Of a stretch of 64,000 nt of DNA, positions 63,952 through 64,000 are shown in pieces (the first letter of the stretch is position 1; each line of letters opens with the position of its first letter). Below the pieces are notes generated by a model. That model was not told the origin of the DNA, searched no databases, and saw nothing but the letters and a program-made list of their open reading frames with translations. The translations under genes were made by a program, and so were the position numbers. This DNA comes from a virus, in IMG/VR virus record IMGVR_UViG_3300037882_003336, positions 14,667-78,666 of that record. One strand, given 5' to 3'.

Positions 63952-64000
63952 GGTGCGTTATTCTCCTTTATCGAGTTTACGTGTTCCCTCGACGGTGGCG

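Noticed and set aside
1-64000. Alternative genetic code or stop-codon reassignment
   Set aside because: Long intact ORFs tile the window under the standard code, and TAA, TAG and TGA all terminate coupled genes.
1-64000. tRNA/rRNA genes, integrase, transposase, reverse transcriptase or DGR
   Set aside because: No cloverleaf or T-loop pattern was found in the short intergenic gaps and no such protein motifs were seen. The LamG modules are too divergent to be template/variable repeat pairs.

Overview
A 64-kb, densely coding, mostly minus-strand segment of a large tailed (myovirus/jumbo-type) bacteriophage genome read with the standard genetic code. No tRNA, rRNA, CRISPR array, integrase or transposase was recognised. 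The left part encodes virion proteins: three paralogous tail proteins, a 2692-aa baseplate/fibre protein with five LamG-like domains, a T4 gp19-like tail tube and a tube-initiator-like protein. The rest is accessory and early genes: metallophosphoesterase, PLD and HNH nucleases, a Topo VI-A-like TOPRIM protein, an AAA+ ATPase, a CoaB-aldolase fusion, an acyl carrier protein, a CHAP endolysin, a GNAT, an ART-ParB fusion and a PL3 pectate-lyase-like lipoprotein. Highlights: (1) two paralogous cassettes, each with twin-arginine (Tat) signal protein(s) of an unrecognised family, a divergent glycosyltransferase pair and a membrane-anchored partner, plus a phage-borne tatA; (2) a PurA homolog with PurZ (diaminopurine, Z-genome) signature residues and a phage-encoded PurB; (3) a non-coding element of three tandem hairpins with divergent stems and a near-invariant CUGGGAGGG loop; (4) six near-consensus sigma70 promoters that end 5-6 nt before an ATG (leaderless genes); (5) a shared N-terminal leader on many unrelated proteins, resembling a capsid-targeting peptide. 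All family assignments come from motifs read by eye, not from database searches. The host is unknown.
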